Origin: Verrucomicrobiota bacterium
GTDB taxonomy: Bacteria > Verrucomicrobiota > Verrucomicrobiia > Limisphaerales > Palsa-1400
Reading direction: 5' to 3'
DNA: 64,000 nt
NCBI GenBank assembly: GCA_049510745.1
Contig: JBEKYR010000002.1
Location: 128,001-192,000, forward strand
In this document: positions 59,762 through 64,000 of the stretch, in pieces
How positions within the stretch are numbered: the first letter of the stretch is position 1
How the letters are laid out: each line of letters opens with the position of its first letter
Position numbers and translations under genes: made by a program
Notes under the pieces: model-generated
The model's database searches: none
Told to the model about the DNA's origin: nothing
Seen by the model: only the letters and a program-made list of their open reading frames with translations

Positions 59762-60583
59762 ATGAAAAGAAAAATGATAACGCAGACGAAAATACTGTTG
59801 ACTGCGCTGGTGTCCCTCGCGGTGGCAGGCGCCCCATCCGCCCGCGCCCAAAGCGCGGCCGCATCCTCAACCAACCAGGCCGCCGCCCCGGCCAAGCCGC
59901 TGACGGCCTCAACCAACCAATGGCACGGCAGCATGGCCCTTGGCCTGACACTGGCGCGCGGCAATACGGACACGACGCTGTTCTCTCTGACCGGCCACGC
60001 GGAAAGGAAGTGGACGGGCAACGATCTGAACCTCCGATTGGAAGGTTTGTACGGGGAATCCAGGCTGACGGGCTCGACCAAATCCACTGAGACGGCGGAA
60101 TCGTTGCACGGCTCCGCCCAAGACAACCTCAATTTCACAGACCGGCTTTTCGGCTATGGCCGGGCGGATGGATTGCACGACGGCATCGCCGACATCGAGT
60201 ATCGTTTCACGCTGGCGCCCGGCGCCGGTTATTATTTTATCAAGAATAAAGTCACGGACTTGAGCCTGGAAGCCGGCCCGGCTTACGTCTTCGAGAAGCT
60301 CGACGACCACACCCAGAGCTTCGCCATGCTGCGCGTGGCGCAAAAATTCCATTATGCCATCAGTGCGCACGCCCGGCTGTGGGAGACGCTTGAGTTTTTG
60401 CCGGAGGTGGACAACCTGGACAATTACATCGCCAACGCCGAGTTGGGGATCGAGGCCAGCTTGAACAAAAGCGACCGGCTGCTGTTGCGCACGGTGCTGC
60501 AGGACACTTACGACAGCATCCCCGCCCCCGGCCGGCTGAAGAACGATCTGAAACTCATCGCCTCCATCGCGTACAAATTCTAG
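59762..60583 (+). CDS. DUF481/YdiY-like outer-membrane beta-barrel
   Basis: Signal peptide, ARGNTDT, C-terminal IAYKF. Confidence 0.8.
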   Translation: MKRKMITQTKILLTALVSLAVAGAPSARAQSAAASSTNQAAAPAKPLTASTNQWHGSMALGLTLARGNTDTTLFSLTGHAERKWTGNDLNLRLEGLYGESRLTGSTKSTETAESLHGSAQDNLNFTDRLFGYGRADGLHDGIADIEYRFTLAPGAGYYFIKNKVTDLSLEAGPAYVFEKLDDHTQSFAMLRVAQKFHYAISAHARLWETLEFLPEVDNLDNYIANAELGIEASLNKSDRLLLRTVLQDTYDSIPAPGRLKNDLKLIASIAYKF

Positions 60584-60595
60584 GAGGAGACGCCC

Positions 60596-62806
60596 ATGGC
60601 CAAATCCGCGACCCCCACGCATCGCTGGCGCTTTTTCCGGGCGGGCGACTTCGATCAGGTCAAATTGGAGAGCGGGGCGGACTTGATGAATCTGGACCAA
60701 CTGGACCAGAAACTGTGGGTGGCGCTGGCCTGTCCCCTGACCGGCTTGGAATTCGACGGCAAAACGGCGGCGTTGATCGACACCGACCTGGATGGGCGCA
60801 TACGCGCGCCGGAATTGATCGCCGCCGTGAAATGGGCCGGCTTGATGTTGAAGAACCCCGATGACCTGATCACGGCCGGCGACTCCCTGCCGCTGGCGGC
60901 GATTAATGACGCCTGCCCCGAAGGCAGTCAAATCCGCGCCGCCGCCAGACAAATCCTGGCCAACCTCGGTCGCAAGGAGGCCAGGGCGATCTCCGTGGCC
61001 GAGGCCTCCGATGGCAACAAGACTTTTGCCGGCACCCTCTTTAACGGCGACGGCGTGATCGTCCTGGAATCGGCGGGCGACGAGGCGACCAAGGGGGTCA
61101 TCAGCGCCATCCTGGCCTGCATGGGGCCGGTGACCGACCAATCCGGGCAGCCGGGAATCGACCAGGGGAAGGCGGACGCGTTTTTCGCCGAGTGCGCCGC
61201 CTTCGACAGTTGGAAGCAGGCGGCGGAAAAAAGCCCCGCGATACTGCCGATAGGGGAAGGGACGGCGGCGGCGGCGGCGGCAGTGAATTCGATCAAGGGA
61301 AAAGTCGATGACTATTTCGGCCGGTGCCGGCTGGCGGCGTTCGACCCGCGCACGGCGGCGCTGGTGAACCGCAAGGAGGAGGATTACGCGGTCATCCTGA
61401 CGAAGGACCTGAGCATTGACGTGGCCGAAGTGGCGGGTTTTCCGCTGGCCCAGGTCGCCGCCGGCAAACCGCTGCCGTTGCAGGGCCCCGTCAATCCCGC
61501 CTGTGCCGAGGCTGTGGCCGCGCTGCGGAAAGAGGCCGTCAAACCGCTTCTGGGCGAGAGGGTGGAGCTGACCGAGGCGGATTGGGCCGCGGTGCAGGCC
61601 CGGCTGGAGCCGTTTGCGGCCTGGACGGCGGCCAAGGCGGGCGCGGCCGTGGAGGGACTCGGCATCGGGCGCGTCCGCGAGATTCTGGCCGGGCCGGCGC
61701 GGGAGAAGATCACGGCGCTGATCGCGCGGGACAAGGCGCTGGAATACGAGGCGGCGGCGATTGCCAGCGTCGAGAAGCTGACCCGGTTTGTCCGGGACCT
61801 GCACATCCTCTGCCTAAACTTTGTCAACTTCAAGAATCTCTATGCCGGCGACACCCCGGCGATCTTCCAGGCGGGGGTGCTCTATTTGGACCAACGGTCG
61901 TGCCATCTCTGCCTCACCGTGGACGACGCCGCCAAACACGCCACCATGGCGGGATTGGCGGGCGCGTTCCTGGCTTACGTGGATTGCGCGCGCAAAGGCA
62001 CCGGCGAGAAGTTGAGCATTGTCGCCATTTTTTCCCAGGGCGACGACGACAATTTGATGGTGGGGCGGAACGGGATATTTTATGATCGGAAAGGGCGGGA
62101 CTACGACGCGACGATCACGAAGATACTGGCCAACCCGGTCAGCCTGCGGCAGGCCTTCTGGGCGCCTTACCAGAAGGTGGTGCGCCTGATAGAAGAGCAG
62201 GTGAGCAAACGCGCTTCGACCGCCGAGGCCGAGGCGCAAATAGCCGCAGTGGTGAGCACTGGCGCGGCTTCCGCCAAACGGACGTTCGATCCGAGCGTGA
62301 TCGCCCTGGTGAGCGTGGCTCTGGGCAGCCTGGCCGCGGCGTTCGCCGGGTTCCTGGGCTACCTGAAGGGATTTGCCCTGTGGCAGCTTCCCCTCATCGC
62401 GGTGGGGATGATGCTCCTCATCTCCGGGCCTGCTGTCATCCTGGCCTACATCAAGCTGCGCAAACGGAACCTGGGACCTATTCTGGACGCCAACGGTTGG
62501 GCCATCAACACCAAGGCCAGGATCAACGTGCCCTTCGGCACCCGCCTGACCGACATCGCCGAACTGCCGCCGGGGGCATCCGTCGATCTCCGGGACCGCT
62601 ACGCGCAGAAGACGGCGGCGTGGCCCAAACTCCTGGCCGTCGTCTTCTTGCTTTGGTGGGTCTATGCTTTTATGGACGACACGGGTTTGCTCTACCGGTT
62701 GACGTCGAAGTGGGACATCCCCATTGGCAACCCGCCCGCGTCGCTCAAGGAACAGCACCAACCGCCCAAGCCGCCGGCGACGGTCTCCACCAACGCCGCA
62801 AGGTGA
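60596..62806 (+). CDS. Conserved hypothetical membrane protein with EF-hand-like loop
   Basis: 736 aa; DTDLDGRIRAPE loop; C-terminal TM helices; GGAG RBS, 12 bp after upstream stop. Confidence 0.75.
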   Translation: MAKSATPTHRWRFFRAGDFDQVKLESGADLMNLDQLDQKLWVALACPLTGLEFDGKTAALIDTDLDGRIRAPELIAAVKWAGLMLKNPDDLITAGDSLPLAAINDACPEGSQIRAAARQILANLGRKEARAISVAEASDGNKTFAGTLFNGDGVIVLESAGDEATKGVISAILACMGPVTDQSGQPGIDQGKADAFFAECAAFDSWKQAAEKSPAILPIGEGTAAAAAAVNSIKGKVDDYFGRCRLAAFDPRTAALVNRKEEDYAVILTKDLSIDVAEVAGFPLAQVAAGKPLPLQGPVNPACAEAVAALRKEAVKPLLGERVELTEADWAAVQARLEPFAAWTAAKAGAAVEGLGIGRVREILAGPAREKITALIARDKALEYEAAAIASVEKLTRFVRDLHILCLNFVNFKNLYAGDTPAIFQAGVLYLDQRSCHLCLTVDDAAKHATMAGLAGAFLAYVDCARKGTGEKLSIVAIFSQGDDDNLMVGRNGIFYDRKGRDYDATITKILANPVSLRQAFWAPYQKVVRLIEEQVSKRASTAEAEAQIAAVVSTGAASAKRTFDPSVIALVSVALGSLAAAFAGFLGYLKGFALWQLPLIAVGMMLLISGPAVILAYIKLRKRNLGPILDANGWAINTKARINVPFGTRLTDIAELPPGASVDLRDRYAQKTAAWPKLLAVVFLLWWVYAFMDDTGLLYRLTSKWDIPIGNPPASLKEQHQPPKPPATVSTNAAR

Positions 62807-62837
62807 TCCCCCGTGCTGGGCGCGATTCCGGGGAAAA

Positions 62838-63998
62838 TCACGGGGAAACGATACGGTAATAGCGCTGGCTGCCCGTGGCGTTGAGGTCAATTATGGTCAG
62901 GCTGGTGCCGTTGCCCTGCAACTCGATCAGCGAAATCCAGTGGAGCAGGTTGGTCGAGTATTGAATCGTGTAAGCCGATCCGGCCACGGTGTTGAAGCTG
63001 AACTGGAATTGACCGCTGCCCAGCCACTGCGGGGCCGTGAGGAGGGGGCCGCCGCGGCCCGTGACGGTCAAACGGAAGGCATTGGTGGCATAATTGGTTT
63101 GCCAGGAGACAATCGACGGCAAGATCGCGTTGGTGAATACTCCGCTCCCGGCGGCGAACGTCACGACGGCAAAGGAACTGCCCACGCCGGGGACATAGCC
63201 ATTGTTCAAATTGGCGCTGACCGAGCCGGCCAAGGCGGCTGGGTTGCCGACCAGGACGACTTGCCCGAAATTCGTCTGGCTATTGATGCCGAAATTCAGC
63301 GCGCCGTTTGTCAAAGAATAAGCCGCGCTCAGATCGACCGTTCCGGTCTGAACGTCCAAGGTCCCGCTGTTGTTGAACGCGGCATTGAGGCCGGTGACGC
63401 CCGTGCCGCCGGATTTGCGCACCGTCCCCTGGTTGAAGAAACCGGGACCGCCACTCTCGTCGTCAATCGAAACGTCGGAGGCGATGTTGACCAAGGCTCC
63501 GGGCAGGTTGATGAACTCGCCCCATTGGTTCCAGTTGAGGTCTAAATTGCCGCTTTGCAAAAGGACCGTCCCGGCGTTGGTCAGGAATTCTCCCATGGAA
63601 TAATCCGCGCCGTCGATGCCGGCCAGCACCAGGACGCCGTTGGCCGCCAAGGTCATGCCGATTGGGGTTCCGTCGCCAATGACCCCGTTGGTCCAGGTGA
63701 TCAGCCCGCCGACCACGGCGCCGGCTCCCGCCAGCGTGGCCCCCGCCAGGGTTGTGTTGGAAGTGGCCAGACTTCCAGTCAAGGTGAACGTTCCATTGGC
63801 CAGGACATTCGTTCCCGCGCCCGAGAGCACGCCAGCCACTTCGTAATCGTTGCCAAAGGCCAGCGTGGCGCCGGCTTCGGTCTTAAAAAATCCGCCGCCG
63901 CCGCCGGTTCCGTTCACGCTGACCGTGCCGGTCTGAACGTCCAGCGTGCCGTTGTTGATGAAGATCGCATTGACGCCGGTGGCGCCCGTGCCGGCGGA
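62838..63998 (-). CDS. Large secreted Gly/Asn/Thr-rich repeat protein, C-terminal part (truncated by window end)
   Basis: Repeated GTLDVQTGTV units; C-terminal YTIQYSTNLLHW...QRYYRIV domain. Confidence 0.8.
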   Translation of the reverse strand, partial: SAGTGATGVNAIFINNGTLDVQTGTVSVNGTGGGGGFFKTEAGATLAFGNDYEVAGVLSGAGTNVLANGTFTLTGSLATSNTTLAGATLAGAGAVVGGLITWTNGVIGDGTPIGMTLAANGVLVLAGIDGADYSMGEFLTNAGTVLLQSGNLDLNWNQWGEFINLPGALVNIASDVSIDDESGGPGFFNQGTVRKSGGTGVTGLNAAFNNSGTLDVQTGTVDLSAAYSLTNGALNFGINSQTNFGQVVLVGNPAALAGSVSANLNNGYVPGVGSSFAVVTFAAGSGVFTNAILPSIVSWQTNYATNAFRLTVTGRGGPLLTAPQWLGSGQFQFSFNTVAGSAYTIQYSTNLLHWISLIELQGNGTSLTIIDLNATGSQRYYRIVSP

Positions 63999-64000
63999 CT

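Overview
GC-rich bacterial DNA, most likely Verrucomicrobiota (inferred from a VPDSG-CTERM-type sorting tail, C-terminal xYFR/YYR motifs on secreted proteins and strong [S/T]N enrichment). The core (about 7.9-49.7 kb) is a divergently transcribed respiratory region. The minus-strand arm carries hemA, two secreted nine-heme cytochromes, an MtrA/DmsE-like cytochrome plus beta-barrel porin, a P1B-5-type ATPase, two tetraheme/Fe-S/NrfD modules (one NrfD has an inserted cyclic-nucleotide-binding domain), two monoheme cytochromes, and adjacent ImcH-like and CbcL-like inner-membrane cytochromes; I count 52 CxxCH plus 2 atypical heme motifs. The plus-strand arm is feoA-nuoABCDIHJKLMMN (no nuoEFG, two nuoM, lengthened NuoL helix, i.e. 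a 2M complex I) translationally coupled to pyruvate:ferredoxin oxidoreductase. Together these suggest a complete pyruvate/ferredoxin to quinone to cell-exterior electron-transfer chain whose direction cannot be read from sequence. A low-GC HigA-ImmA islet and a 14 x 10-bp tandem repeat interrupt the cytochrome arm. The left flank is a five-gene signalling cascade. The right flank has a GNAT-cNMP protein, pyrH, frr, an ftsB-like gene, REPIN-like hairpins with a RAYT-like fragment around a HEAT-repeat gene, an IS1634-like remnant and envelope genes. All family calls come from motif recognition by eye; no searches were run.
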